From Candidatus Poseidoniales archaeon (lineage in GTDB: Archaea; Thermoplasmatota; Poseidoniia; Poseidoniales; Poseidoniaceae): DNA of 53,854 nucleotides. The stretch is taken from contig JACETE010000001.1 in the NCBI GenBank assembly GCA_013911465.1, forward strand, positions 1-53,854, in the 5' to 3' direction. The notes under the pieces are model-generated. The model was not told where the DNA came from. It saw nothing but the letters and a program-made list of their open reading frames with translations, and ran no database searches. Position 1 is the first letter of the stretch. Each line of letters begins with the position of its first letter. Of the stretch, positions 37,513 through 46,693 are shown piece after piece. Position numbers and translations under genes: made by a program.

Positions 37513-38712
37513 ATGGCTTCAGCAGGATGGGCACGGTTTGCACATCGCTTTGGCCAATATTATCGTGACTCAACCTTTTGGCGACCACCACGAATGCCAA
37601 AGAGAGAATGGATGTTTATTCCATTTGGAGGTTCGCCTCCACTACGACACAAATCGTTCAGAAATGAGCAAGACCTGAGACGATTTCTTTCAGAACGCGC
37701 CATGCATTCATGTTTCTATTCCACTGCGTATTGGCAAAAGCCCTATGAGATGAAAATGGACAACAAAATATGGCAAGGTGCTGACCTCATTTTTGATCTT
37801 GATGGAGACCATTTGCCGGGTGTAACGGACAGAGATTTCCCTGGCATGTTGGATGTTATTCGTGACCAGGCTTATTCCCTATGGCATGACTTTCTTCAAC
37901 CTGAATTTGGTTTCAAAGAAGATTTTCTTCAAGTTACTTTTTCCGGACATAGAGGATTCCATCTTCACTATCGGGATCCGTCGTTATTCCATTTGGATTC
38001 GGAAGCGAGAAGAGAACTCGTTTCTCACATACGTGGCGAAGGTGTCGACGTGCAAGGTGGATTGACTCGCTTCAATGACGTTCGTGCAAATGGATGGACC
38101 AAACGAATCCGAACTCAAATTCCGACATTGATCGATAAGCTCGTTCAGATTGCAGAGAGAAATGAAAACTCGGCAGGAATAATGAAAGAACTACATCTTG
38201 GGCTCAAAGATAATCTTCAACGAGAAGGAAAACCAGGAAAAGGCCCAGTGAGTATCCAAAAACTCGCGGACATGTTTCTTCATGAAGAACGACGTGAGTC
38301 CGTTACTAATGGCCAAATTTCACGGTTAGGCACCAATCAGGGTCTGTTCCTTGATTTGGTGAAATCCGATGCATCAATTGTACTGGGTGCTGCAGGTGAA
38401 ACCGATGAAGTGGTAACCATCGATGTTCGTCGTCAAATTCGTTGGCCAACATCGCTTCATGGGAAAACAGGAATGAGGGTAACAGAATTCCCGTTGAATC
38501 GTTTAGATTCTGATGGTTCGAATCCTTTTGATGCGTTGAATGAGGCATTCGTCTTTGGTACAGATAAATCGATGGATGTTGAAATTATAGTCGACGATGC
38601 AATTCTACGATTTGGGCAAGACCAACATGATGTGACTGCGGGAGATCGGCTTCATGTTTCTGAATCAGCAGCGACATTTCTGAATCTCAAAGGTTGGGGC
38701 AAGATGGTTTGA
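37513..38712 (+). CDS. priS: DNA primase small (catalytic) subunit PriS
   Basis: Catalytic DLIFDLDGDH and FSGHRGFHLHY motifs. Length is typical of archaeal PriS. Confidence 0.9.
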   Translation: MASAGWARFAHRFGQYYRDSTFWRPPRMPKREWMFIPFGGSPPLRHKSFRNEQDLRRFLSERAMHSCFYSTAYWQKPYEMKMDNKIWQGADLIFDLDGDHLPGVTDRDFPGMLDVIRDQAYSLWHDFLQPEFGFKEDFLQVTFSGHRGFHLHYRDPSLFHLDSEARRELVSHIRGEGVDVQGGLTRFNDVRANGWTKRIRTQIPTLIDKLVQIAERNENSAGIMKELHLGLKDNLQREGKPGKGPVSIQKLADMFLHEERRESVTNGQISRLGTNQGLFLDLVKSDASIVLGAAGETDEVVTIDVRRQIRWPTSLHGKTGMRVTEFPLNRLDSDGSNPFDALNEAFVFGTDKSMDVEIIVDDAILRFGQDQHDVTAGDRLHVSESAATFLNLKGWGKMV

Positions 38713-38772
38713 AAATCCTGAACATAATATCTCAAATTTTCAGTACTGATTGTGGTAAGGTTCAAGGGTAGT

Positions 38773-39786
38773 ATGGCCTCCAGTCAATTTAGAGGTGAAG
38801 GTATGCGACGTCGAAAAAAGAACAAATCAACAGAAACAGCCCCTTCTCCACTCCCTCCTCTTCCAGGCATGCCGCCTTTACCAGGAGCGCCATTGCCGCC
38901 TTTGCCCGCTGCACCAACTCCAGAACCACAACCACTCCCTGAATTGCCAGCATCACCTGTGCCAGCGCCCGTTCCAGCGCCTACGGTGCCTGGAGCACCT
39001 CAACCTTCCCCACCCCAGGCACAACAACCAGATGACAATTCCAATGAATACGGAGATTTGTGGGCAAAACGCTCTGCGAAACCATTGCCTCAGATTTATG
39101 GAGCAATCGACCGACTTGGTTCTGGAGAAACGGGTTCACTATTGGATCGATATTCCGATCGTTTTGGGCATTCTCTCGATCGTGACATCATCGTTTTGCG
39201 AAAGAAAGAACGTGAAGAAGCCCTCAATGAAGCACGAAACGCTCCAGTGGTTGAACTTCTCGATGAAGAAGAGCATGATCGGTTAACAGAGGTTGAAAAC
39301 CTATTGCGTGAACTCAAACCCCAATACAAATCTGCTAAATCAGCAGGTGATAAGGAAGCCCTCCGCATTTTAGTCCCTCAATTGGAACAACTGATGGCCG
39401 AACGTCGTTCGTTGATGAGTCAAGCGAGTCCAGTAACGGAAACACAAGTGTCGACTGACTCGGATTCAGCAACTGAACCGGCCGAAGAAACCCATCAAGA
39501 TGATAATGAGGCCGATGAATTGTTCTCACAATTCTTCACCATTGTGAACGATTTACTTGGTGATGAATTGCCTGAGGAAGCAATCGAATCCTTCCTCGCA
39601 TCGGATGGATTTGAGTTATTCAAGGAAGTTGGAGCTGATCCATCTGCTATCGATGATGAGCGACGTGGTGAATTCTTCAAGATTATCGATGAACAACTTG
39701 GCAACATGCCCGACAGTTCGATTACGAAGTTCGTAGAATCAGGTGAATTTGAAATATACAAACAAATTTCTGAAATGTATACATGA
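38773..39786 (+). CDS. Hypothetical protein: basic N-terminus, polyproline PPLP tract, coiled-coil-like middle, acidic C-terminus with two tandem ~35-aa repeats
   Basis: RRRKKNKS; PSPLPPLPGMPPLPGAPLPPLPAAPTPEPQPLPELP; repeats QFFTIVNDLLGDELPEEAIESFLASDGFELFKEV and EFFKIIDEQLGNMPDSSITKFVESGEFEIYKQI. I prefer the ATG at 38773 over the GTG at 38752. Confidence 0.6.
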   Translation: MASSQFRGEGMRRRKKNKSTETAPSPLPPLPGMPPLPGAPLPPLPAAPTPEPQPLPELPASPVPAPVPAPTVPGAPQPSPPQAQQPDDNSNEYGDLWAKRSAKPLPQIYGAIDRLGSGETGSLLDRYSDRFGHSLDRDIIVLRKKEREEALNEARNAPVVELLDEEEHDRLTEVENLLRELKPQYKSAKSAGDKEALRILVPQLEQLMAERRSLMSQASPVTETQVSTDSDSATEPAEETHQDDNEADELFSQFFTIVNDLLGDELPEEAIESFLASDGFELFKEVGADPSAIDDERRGEFFKIIDEQLGNMPDSSITKFVESGEFEIYKQISEMYT

Positions 39787-39799
39787 AAGAGGCGAGAAT

Positions 39800-40630
39800 A
39801 TGGGATTACTCGATAAAGTTGAATCAACTGAAAAAGATGTCAAAAAGGCCAAACCTGTTGCTGTAGCGAAACCGGTTGAGGCAAAACCTTCTCCTAAGAA
39901 AGAGAAAAAGGAAAAGAAGCCTAAGAAGGTGAAAGTAAAGAAGGCACGTCCAGAAGGACTCTCATCAGAATTTGAGATCGCACCAAAATTAAGTCGAGTG
40001 ATTTGCTGGTGGGTAAATTTCACAGCAAATTTCGCTTTACTTATCGCAGCATTGGTCATGAACGTTCTGACCGGAGCGAGGAGCGGCGGGGGAGCCAATA
40101 CAACTTTATTCATCATCGCCTTCCTGGTTCTGATATTCAATGCAATATTCCTGCCAATCTACACTGGGCGAAACCTTGGCCAATACACCTCCTCTACACG
40201 TTCAATTCGTGGCGATGGAAGCAAGCCTCTTTTCCTTCATGGTCTTTTTGTTAACAACTTAGGCCTGATGTCACTTGTTGGATTTATCATGATCTTCACC
40301 CAAGCAGGACAAATTGCTGACGGTGGAACATCCCCTATTGTGTTCACATCAGTGGGTGCTGTGTTTATGGTACTCTGGATCGTTAATTGGCAATTCACCC
40401 GTAACAGCGAACTCAACCAAGGATTGTTTGACCTTCTTTTCAGTGCTTATCTCGTACGTTATGTTTCAGAAGAAAAGGCAACGTCAGGATTCAGAGCCCG
40501 ATTGGAAAGCATGAGTCAATTTGGTGAAAAGTATGCTCAACGTGTTGAAGAACGAGCCAAGGCTCGTGAAGAGAAGGCTTCAATGAAAGACTCTGAAGAA
40601 GAAACAACCGTTGAACAAACAGAAGACTGA
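39800..40630 (+). CDS. RDD-family-like membrane protein with Lys-rich N-terminus and charged C-terminus
   Basis: KKEKKEKKPKKVKVKK N-terminus, four hydrophobic helices, and RDD-like strings (YTGRNLGQY...IRGDGSKP, LFDLLFSAYLVR). The ATG at 39800 lies 13 nt after the previous stop. Confidence 0.55.
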   Translation: MGLLDKVESTEKDVKKAKPVAVAKPVEAKPSPKKEKKEKKPKKVKVKKARPEGLSSEFEIAPKLSRVICWWVNFTANFALLIAALVMNVLTGARSGGGANTTLFIIAFLVLIFNAIFLPIYTGRNLGQYTSSTRSIRGDGSKPLFLHGLFVNNLGLMSLVGFIMIFTQAGQIADGGTSPIVFTSVGAVFMVLWIVNWQFTRNSELNQGLFDLLFSAYLVRYVSEEKATSGFRARLESMSQFGEKYAQRVEERAKAREEKASMKDSEEETTVEQTED

Positions 40631-40644
40631 AGGGATTAATACCC

Positions 40645-41619
40645 ATGTATTCTCATCGGTTTGTAGCGTTCCAGCTGCATTTATTTTTTTGGATTATTCT
40701 CGTTCTCGGATTATACATCCTTGATCTAACGACTCCAATATTCATCGTTTTACCAATATCCATCGTTGATTTGTGGTTAGCCCTTTGTCTTGGTTTTATG
40801 TTACGATTGCCAACATCACGTGAAGATGTAGGAGCGCCAGAAGGTTGGGCATGGGAACAATACCAGATTCTTGATTATCCTGTTCGATGGTTAGCCAAAG
40901 AGATAGATCCATCCAAACCTATGGCGATTCTTGTACACGGCTGGAACTCGAGAGCGATGAACATGATCGGGAGAGCTGAGTTATACCAACAATGCGGATA
41001 CAATTGTGTACTCTTTGAAATGCGCGCCCACGGCGGTAACAAAAAAGTCCAACATTGGGCTGCAATGCATGTTTGTTATGATCTAGAGCAGACCCTATCA
41101 CTTTTCCAAAAAAGGGGTTGGTTATCAAACGGTTTCCTTATTCATGGTCATAGCTTAGGTGGTTTCGTTGCCCAACGTGCATTACGTCCATCCCTGGATA
41201 CATCAGATAACGCTATTGGAATTATTTTAGAATCACCTGTTACATCGTATGAATTGATCAATAATCAAACGTGCGAGTACCTTAAAATTCCTAGTACGTT
41301 GCATAGGCCGATGATGAACAGATTGCTACGTTACTACAATCTCCTGAACCCAAGTCATTTTGCAGTTTCATCCATCACAATGCTTTCGACACCTGAATGG
41401 GGAATGCCATCCTGTCCTACACTACTCGTACAGGCGAAATTTGATGCTACTCTCGGAAGGAAGCATGCAGATTTACTCATTGATGTTCACAACAATCGAC
41501 AAACTGAGTTCAAATATCATATCGTAGAAGATTTGAAACATGCTTACGAAAAAAACAATTCAACACGTGATTCATTAATTAGTAAATGGATGGAAGAGCA
41601 TTCACTCCTCTTCTCCTGA
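40645..41619 (+). CDS. Membrane-anchored alpha/beta hydrolase
   Basis: Two N-terminal TM helices, the oxyanion region ILVHGWNS, the nucleophile elbow GHSLGG, and distal Asp/His candidates (KFDAT, DLKHAY). Confidence 0.8.
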   Translation: MYSHRFVAFQLHLFFWIILVLGLYILDLTTPIFIVLPISIVDLWLALCLGFMLRLPTSREDVGAPEGWAWEQYQILDYPVRWLAKEIDPSKPMAILVHGWNSRAMNMIGRAELYQQCGYNCVLFEMRAHGGNKKVQHWAAMHVCYDLEQTLSLFQKRGWLSNGFLIHGHSLGGFVAQRALRPSLDTSDNAIGIILESPVTSYELINNQTCEYLKIPSTLHRPMMNRLLRYYNLLNPSHFAVSSITMLSTPEWGMPSCPTLLVQAKFDATLGRKHADLLIDVHNNRQTEFKYHIVEDLKHAYEKNNSTRDSLISKWMEEHSLLFS

Positions 41620-42636
41620 ACTTGCTTGTTCACGTGCAAGTTCACGCATATCATCGACTTCATCGAGTTCATCGACAATTTCCTCACCAAGAAGCGTTTC
41701 TAAAACGTCTTCCATAGTAAGAATACCAGATGTGCCTCCAAATTCATCTTGAACCACTGCGAATTGTTGCCTGCGTTCGAGGAAAAGATCCAATGCAGTA
41801 TCGACACTTTGTGTGGTCGAAATAAACTCTACAGGTTTCATGAATTCCTCGACCTTTCGTTCCCACTCATCGCGGCTTGCTGCAACGAGAAGTTCAGAAC
41901 GAATGACGACGCCTTGAATATCATCAACAGACTCATCAAACACCGGCATCCTTGAAAATCGCAAAACGGGATATTCGTCTAGGACGTTTTTTATGGTCAT
42001 ACTTTGATTCAAAGCAGTAACAACAACCCGTGGAGTCATAACTTCTGTAATTGAAATTTCCCGAAGTCTGAGTAGATTGAGAATAACGGTTTCTTCATCT
42101 CTCATCAATGCGCCCTCTTCTTCACCAAGGTCTGCAAGGGCAGCAAGATCATCTCGTGTGACCAATTGACCATCAGCACTTGGCAGAACTTTCTTCATCC
42201 ATTGAATAGGTGCGATAATGAAGAAGAGTACTATGGTAATCCAATTGAGTAGAACACCTGTCATCATCGATAATTGTCTCCAATACGCTGTACCAAGTGT
42301 TTTCGGAATGATTTCAGATAGGAACAATACAGCAAGCGTTAGGATAACTGAAGCGATTGTCAGATATTCGTTACCAAATTGATTCTGAACCTCTGAACCT
42401 ACACCTGCGGCTCCCATTGTGTGAGCAATTGTATTGAGCGTTAAAATTGCAGTTAGTGGTTTAACTGCATCGTCTGCCTTGAGTTTCGACCACAAATCTC
42501 CGCGTTTGTTACCATCCTTCTGCCAAACGGCCACCTGAGTGTTTGGAATTGAGAGGACTACTGCTTCAAGTATTGAACAAAGAAACGATACGCCAAGGGC
42601 GAGTGCTGTGTAAAAAATCAGTAATGTGAGGTTCAT
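41602..42636 (-). CDS. CNNM/HlyC-CorC-family transporter (DUF21 membrane domain plus CBS pair, no CorC_HlyC C-terminal domain)
   Basis: DUF21-type N-terminus (LSILEAVVLSI...EIIPKTLG) followed by a CBS pair (VMTPRVVVTAL..., FAVVQDEFGGTSGILTMEDVLE). Confidence 0.85.
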   Translation of the reverse strand: MNLTLLIFYTALALGVSFLCSILEAVVLSIPNTQVAVWQKDGNKRGDLWSKLKADDAVKPLTAILTLNTIAHTMGAAGVGSEVQNQFGNEYLTIASVILTLAVLFLSEIIPKTLGTAYWRQLSMMTGVLLNWITIVLFFIIAPIQWMKKVLPSADGQLVTRDDLAALADLGEEEGALMRDEETVILNLLRLREISITEVMTPRVVVTALNQSMTIKNVLDEYPVLRFSRMPVFDESVDDIQGVVIRSELLVAASRDEWERKVEEFMKPVEFISTTQSVDTALDLFLERRQQFAVVQDEFGGTSGILTMEDVLETLLGEEIVDELDEVDDMRELAREQASSGEEE

Positions 42637-42721
42637 GTTGAACTTGAACTCCTGTCCGTAGGATAATCTATCCCAATACGTCCTTCTTCTTCAAAATGTT
42701 GTTTTTGGAAGGCTTCAAGGG

Positions 42722-42737
42722 TTGATTTGAAAATCAA
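42722..42737. promoter_or_regulatory. Palindrome TTGATTT-GA-AAATCAA, 12 nt upstream of the metG start
   Basis: Perfect 7-bp arms read directly from the sequence. It lies in the CNNM / metG divergent region. Confidence 0.3.
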
Positions 42738-42749
42738 TGCCGATTAGCG

Positions 42750-44999
42750 ATGAACATGGCGGATAGTGACCACGTACTAATTTGCGTGGCATGGCCATAT
42801 GCGAATGGACCTCTACATCTCGGTCACGTGGCCGGATGTTACCTGCCACCAGACATCCATGCACGCTTCGAACGAGCCCGTGGAAATCGTGTGTTGATGG
42901 TATCCGGTTCTGATGAACATGGAACTCCAATTACGGTTAGTGCGGAACAAGATGGCATTGAACCGCAGGATGTTGTCGACCAATATCATTCCATTAATTC
43001 TCAAGCATTGCTCGATCTAGGTTGCACATGGATGCCAAATGTTGACAAACGCGGAGTTGAATACGGAGGTTCACTCTTCAACCGAACCAGCGATCACCAG
43101 CATAAACAAAAAGTCCAAGATAATTTCAAGAAACTTTACGACGCTGGATTTTTTGAACGCAAGACAATGCAACAATATTACGAAGTTCATCCAGATGGAG
43201 GAGGCCGATTTCTTCCTGATCGTTACATTGAGGGCACCTGCCCATCATGTGGAGCAGATGGAGCCCGCGGAGACCAATGTGATTCTTGTGGAGCTACGTA
43301 TGAATCATCGGAACTAAAGAATCCTATTTCGAAAATGAATCCTGAATTGGATGTGGAAATTCGAGATACAGAACATCTCTTTTATCGGCTAGATTTATTT
43401 CAAGAAGCACTTGAACAACATGCGGAGAACAACCATTCGGTTTGGAAACCTAACGTTCGGGCTATGACAAAACAGTGGCTCGATATGGGACTCCAACCTC
43501 GAGCAGTTACGAGAGATCTTGAGTGGGGCATAGAAGTTCCACTTGATGGTACTGATTGGGACGGCAAGTGCATTTACGTCTGGTTTGAAGCTGTTCAAGG
43601 GTATCTTACTTGTTCACAAATATGGTCGGAATCCTATGCTGATGACAATTCATGGGAAAATTGGTGGCTTGAACGTGATAACTTCAACCAACGTCATTAC
43701 TATTTCCTAGGTAAAGATAATGTTCCATTCCATACCGTCATATGGCCCGCTATTCTCATGGGATTAAACCATGTACGTAATGGCAAGAATGCTAACGATC
43801 CAGTGGGTCTTCCTCAAAGTGGGGATCTACGATTGGAGGATAACGTTCCAGCTATGGAATATCTCATGTTGGGTGGTGGTCAATTTTCGAAGTCAAGAAA
43901 ACATGCCATATGGCTCCCCTCTTTCCTCGAACGATTTGACCCTGATACATTACGCTATTATCTCAGTATTAACATGCCTGAATCTCATGATACAGATTTT
44001 ACTTGGAATGAATTTGTTGATCGAATCAACAACGAACTCATTGCGACGTATGGCAACTTTGCCAATCGTGTGATGTCACTCGCAGCACGTTTACCTGACA
44101 CTCCAGGCAGAGATTCCTTGCCAGATTTTGATACGCTCCAGTATTACGACGGACTTTGTTCAACTCTTGAACAACTCCACGCAGACATGACTCAATCCTT
44201 GGAACGACACCGCTACAAAGAAGCATTACGAACAGCAATGACTGCTGCACAACATGGTAATCAACTCCTTCAATCAGCAATGCCTTGGAATCACCTCAAA
44301 ACCGAAACAGATGCTGATGGTCGTTCCGAATCTCTCTCCTCGTTAGCATTTGGATGGCGGATTTGCCGTTATCTTTCAATTGTTACTCAACCCTTCCTGC
44401 CCTTCAGTGCAGAAAAGTTATGGAAGATGTTAGGAATTCAAACCGCACTGTGTGATACTCATTGGAATGATGCAATAGATTGGTCAACACAAGTCACCAC
44501 GCCTTCATCAACATTCGAGCCTTTGTTCAAGCGTTTAGATGTTGAAGAAATTGTCAAAGAAGAACAATCACTTGTTGAAAATTCTGATGATTCAAATGAT
44601 GTATCTCATTCAGTAAAAGGTGGAAAAAAGGAGAAGAAAAGCATGAAAACCGAAACGCCAGAAGGAATAGAATATCTCGATTTTGAATCGTTCATGAAGG
44701 TAGAATTACGTGTTGGCAAAATTCTATCTGTGGAAAATCACCCTAATGCGGATCGTTTGTATGTTGTGAAATTAGAAGATGGATCAGAAAATGGAAGAAC
44801 CATTTGTGCAGGAATCAAAGAATATTATTCACCTGAAGAACTTTTGAACAAATCTGTTGTTTTTGTTGCCAACCTCAAGCCTCGCCCACTTCGTGGAGTG
44901 GTTAGTGAGGGGATGATGCTTGCAGCAGATGACGGAAATGATATCGTTCGTCTTGTCACAATCGACGGTGACATAGGTCCAGGGTCATTGGTCCGTTAA
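42750..44999 (+). CDS. metG: Methionyl-tRNA synthetase with C-terminal Trbp111/EMAP-like tRNA-binding domain
   Basis: HLGH signature (GPLHLGHVAG), zinc knuckle CPSCG...CDSCG, KMSKS-type QFSKSRK, and a C-terminal OB domain (LRVGKILSVENHPNADRLYVVKLEDG). Confidence 0.95.
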   Translation: MNMADSDHVLICVAWPYANGPLHLGHVAGCYLPPDIHARFERARGNRVLMVSGSDEHGTPITVSAEQDGIEPQDVVDQYHSINSQALLDLGCTWMPNVDKRGVEYGGSLFNRTSDHQHKQKVQDNFKKLYDAGFFERKTMQQYYEVHPDGGGRFLPDRYIEGTCPSCGADGARGDQCDSCGATYESSELKNPISKMNPELDVEIRDTEHLFYRLDLFQEALEQHAENNHSVWKPNVRAMTKQWLDMGLQPRAVTRDLEWGIEVPLDGTDWDGKCIYVWFEAVQGYLTCSQIWSESYADDNSWENWWLERDNFNQRHYYFLGKDNVPFHTVIWPAILMGLNHVRNGKNANDPVGLPQSGDLRLEDNVPAMEYLMLGGGQFSKSRKHAIWLPSFLERFDPDTLRYYLSINMPESHDTDFTWNEFVDRINNELIATYGNFANRVMSLAARLPDTPGRDSLPDFDTLQYYDGLCSTLEQLHADMTQSLERHRYKEALRTAMTAAQHGNQLLQSAMPWNHLKTETDADGRSESLSSLAFGWRICRYLSIVTQPFLPFSAEKLWKMLGIQTALCDTHWNDAIDWSTQVTTPSSTFEPLFKRLDVEEIVKEEQSLVENSDDSNDVSHSVKGGKKEKKSMKTETPEGIEYLDFESFMKVELRVGKILSVENHPNADRLYVVKLEDGSENGRTICAGIKEYYSPEELLNKSVVFVANLKPRPLRGVVSEGMMLAADDGNDIVRLVTIDGDIGPGSLVR

Positions 45000-45617
45000 T
45001 CTCAGACGAACTGCATCCATGCATTGTCGTGAATAAATACGTCCTTTTTCGACAATATTCGGTAAGGATTCTCGCATTTCTTCTCCATAAGACTCTGGAA
45101 GAGATTCCAGATTGATCTCTACGTTGAAGACTGCCCCTTTCAATGCTGCAGAAGCCAGTAACCCCGCAACACCTACATCGGATGCTGCATTTGGATTTCC
45201 TTTCTCTGCTAGTTCAGGTAAGAGTTCAAGCAAATCCAATGCTTTTGTAGCTGTTCGAAACGGTACTTCTGCAGCTCCCAAGGTTGCTGAGCGTATCGAA
45301 TCTCTTCTGGATGCTTTTTCATCATCAGTTGCCTTAGGCAGTCTGAACGATGCGACTACAGCATCAAATGCAGCACTATCTTGAGTAGCAAGCTCCAACC
45401 CCTCATCCAATAGTGGTATTGCCACAAGTTTCACGTTTTCTGATATTGTCCAACCATCTTGGAGTGAATCTTTCGATAAGGTGAGATCAGATACCATCAC
45501 AGCCAATGCTGCTGCTTGCCCTAGAGCAACTCCAGCAGCAGATCCTCCTCCGGGAGTAGGATCACTGCTTGCTAATGCATCTTGAAATTCACGTAGTGTT
45601 TTTGCCGCCCATGTCAT
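44985..45617 (-). CDS. Formiminotetrahydrofolate cyclodeaminase-domain protein
   Basis: PTPGGGSAAGVALGQAAALAVMV signature. All-helical, 210 aa. Its ATG overlaps the stop of the upstream formiminotransferase gene. Confidence 0.85.
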   Translation of the reverse strand: MTWAAKTLREFQDALASSDPTPGGGSAAGVALGQAAALAVMVSDLTLSKDSLQDGWTISENVKLVAIPLLDEGLELATQDSAAFDAVVASFRLPKATDDEKASRRDSIRSATLGAAEVPFRTATKALDLLELLPELAEKGNPNAASDVGVAGLLASAALKGAVFNVEINLESLPESYGEEMRESLPNIVEKGRIYSRQCMDAVRLRLTDQ

Positions 45618-46654
45618 ACTTTTTCCTCCCTCAGTGCTAATTCTATGATGCGATCGTTTGGATTAAATTCTCCGATTGAGTTTAATCCTAAGCGTTCAAT
45701 TGCAATTGCGATGTATTCTTCATCACTCAATCCTTCTCCTGCATACCAACAACCTGCATCAAGCATTGCTTGCAAAGGCACCAATCCTACCAGCTCACTT
45801 CCTTTTGTCATCCGACCCATATTTCTGCATAAACTATCGATTGTGTCAAATGCGTGATGTAAATTTGTAACATTGAAATTTTGTAGATTCATGGATACTT
45901 GACTTATGTTGTGTGATTCAAGTGGAACTCCCATGCCCTGAACGTGCTTCAGCAAACCTACCGTTCTGAATTTCCTCTCACCATCTGAAGTTTTGATCAA
46001 ACGTCCTGAACTGCGAACAAGCGAGCCGATTTGTTGCGCTACTTTAGGGTCAGCATCATCGATATTGACATTGTAAGCCAGTAATATATCTCGTGCACCA
46101 ATGGTGATTCCTCCAGATTTCTGAGCCTTTTCCGTCCAGGTAACCTCGCCGAGATCGGGTAATCGCGTTGTGCCTGAATGGATTTCTGTAGATCCGTTGA
46201 ACCGGTCCTCTAATCCTTCATATTCACCCTTGCGTAGTCTTGATAGTAGTTTACGATCTTCATGATCCGCTGCAAATCCATAAAGGAAAACAGGAACGTC
46301 AAGTTCTGCAATTGTATTTGCTACACGCTTAGCCATCTCTACACAATTGTCCATGGTTGTATTGGAGATTGGAATGAATGGGCAAACATCAACACATCCC
46401 ATGCGGGGATGTTCACCAGAATGGTAGCGCATATCGATTTCTTCAATCGCTTTTGAAACAAGATTGATGGCTGCTTGTTCTACCGCACCAACGATTCCTG
46501 CAAACGTAATTACCGTTCGATTGTAATCTGGATCAGGTTCGACACCAAGAATTTTAACGCCTTCGATTCGTGCAGCATCCACAATCCTGTTGATTTTTTC
46601 AATATCTCTTCCTTCAGATATGTTTGGGACGCACTCAACAATACCACTTGACAT
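45614..46654 (-). CDS. Glutamate formiminotransferase
   Basis: IVECVPNISEGRD N-terminal signature, HPRMGCVDVCPFIP, and a second formiminotransferase subdomain. Confidence 0.9.
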   Translation of the reverse strand: MSSGIVECVPNISEGRDIEKINRIVDAARIEGVKILGVEPDPDYNRTVITFAGIVGAVEQAAINLVSKAIEEIDMRYHSGEHPRMGCVDVCPFIPISNTTMDNCVEMAKRVANTIAELDVPVFLYGFAADHEDRKLLSRLRKGEYEGLEDRFNGSTEIHSGTTRLPDLGEVTWTEKAQKSGGITIGARDILLAYNVNIDDADPKVAQQIGSLVRSSGRLIKTSDGERKFRTVGLLKHVQGMGVPLESHNISQVSMNLQNFNVTNLHHAFDTIDSLCRNMGRMTKGSELVGLVPLQAMLDAGCWYAGEGLSDEEYIAIAIERLGLNSIGEFNPNDRIIELALREEKV

Positions 46655-46693
46655 GATGTTGGGTTTTCACGTCGGACTTTGAACATTCACCTT

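Noticed and set aside
38795-39286. 163-aa alternative-frame ORF inside the proline-rich gene
   Set aside because: The 38773..39786 frame continues into a structured acidic region with two clear tandem repeats. The alternative frame gives Cys/His/Leu-rich sequence typical of out-of-frame reading of a Pro-rich tract. Only comparative data can fully exclude it.
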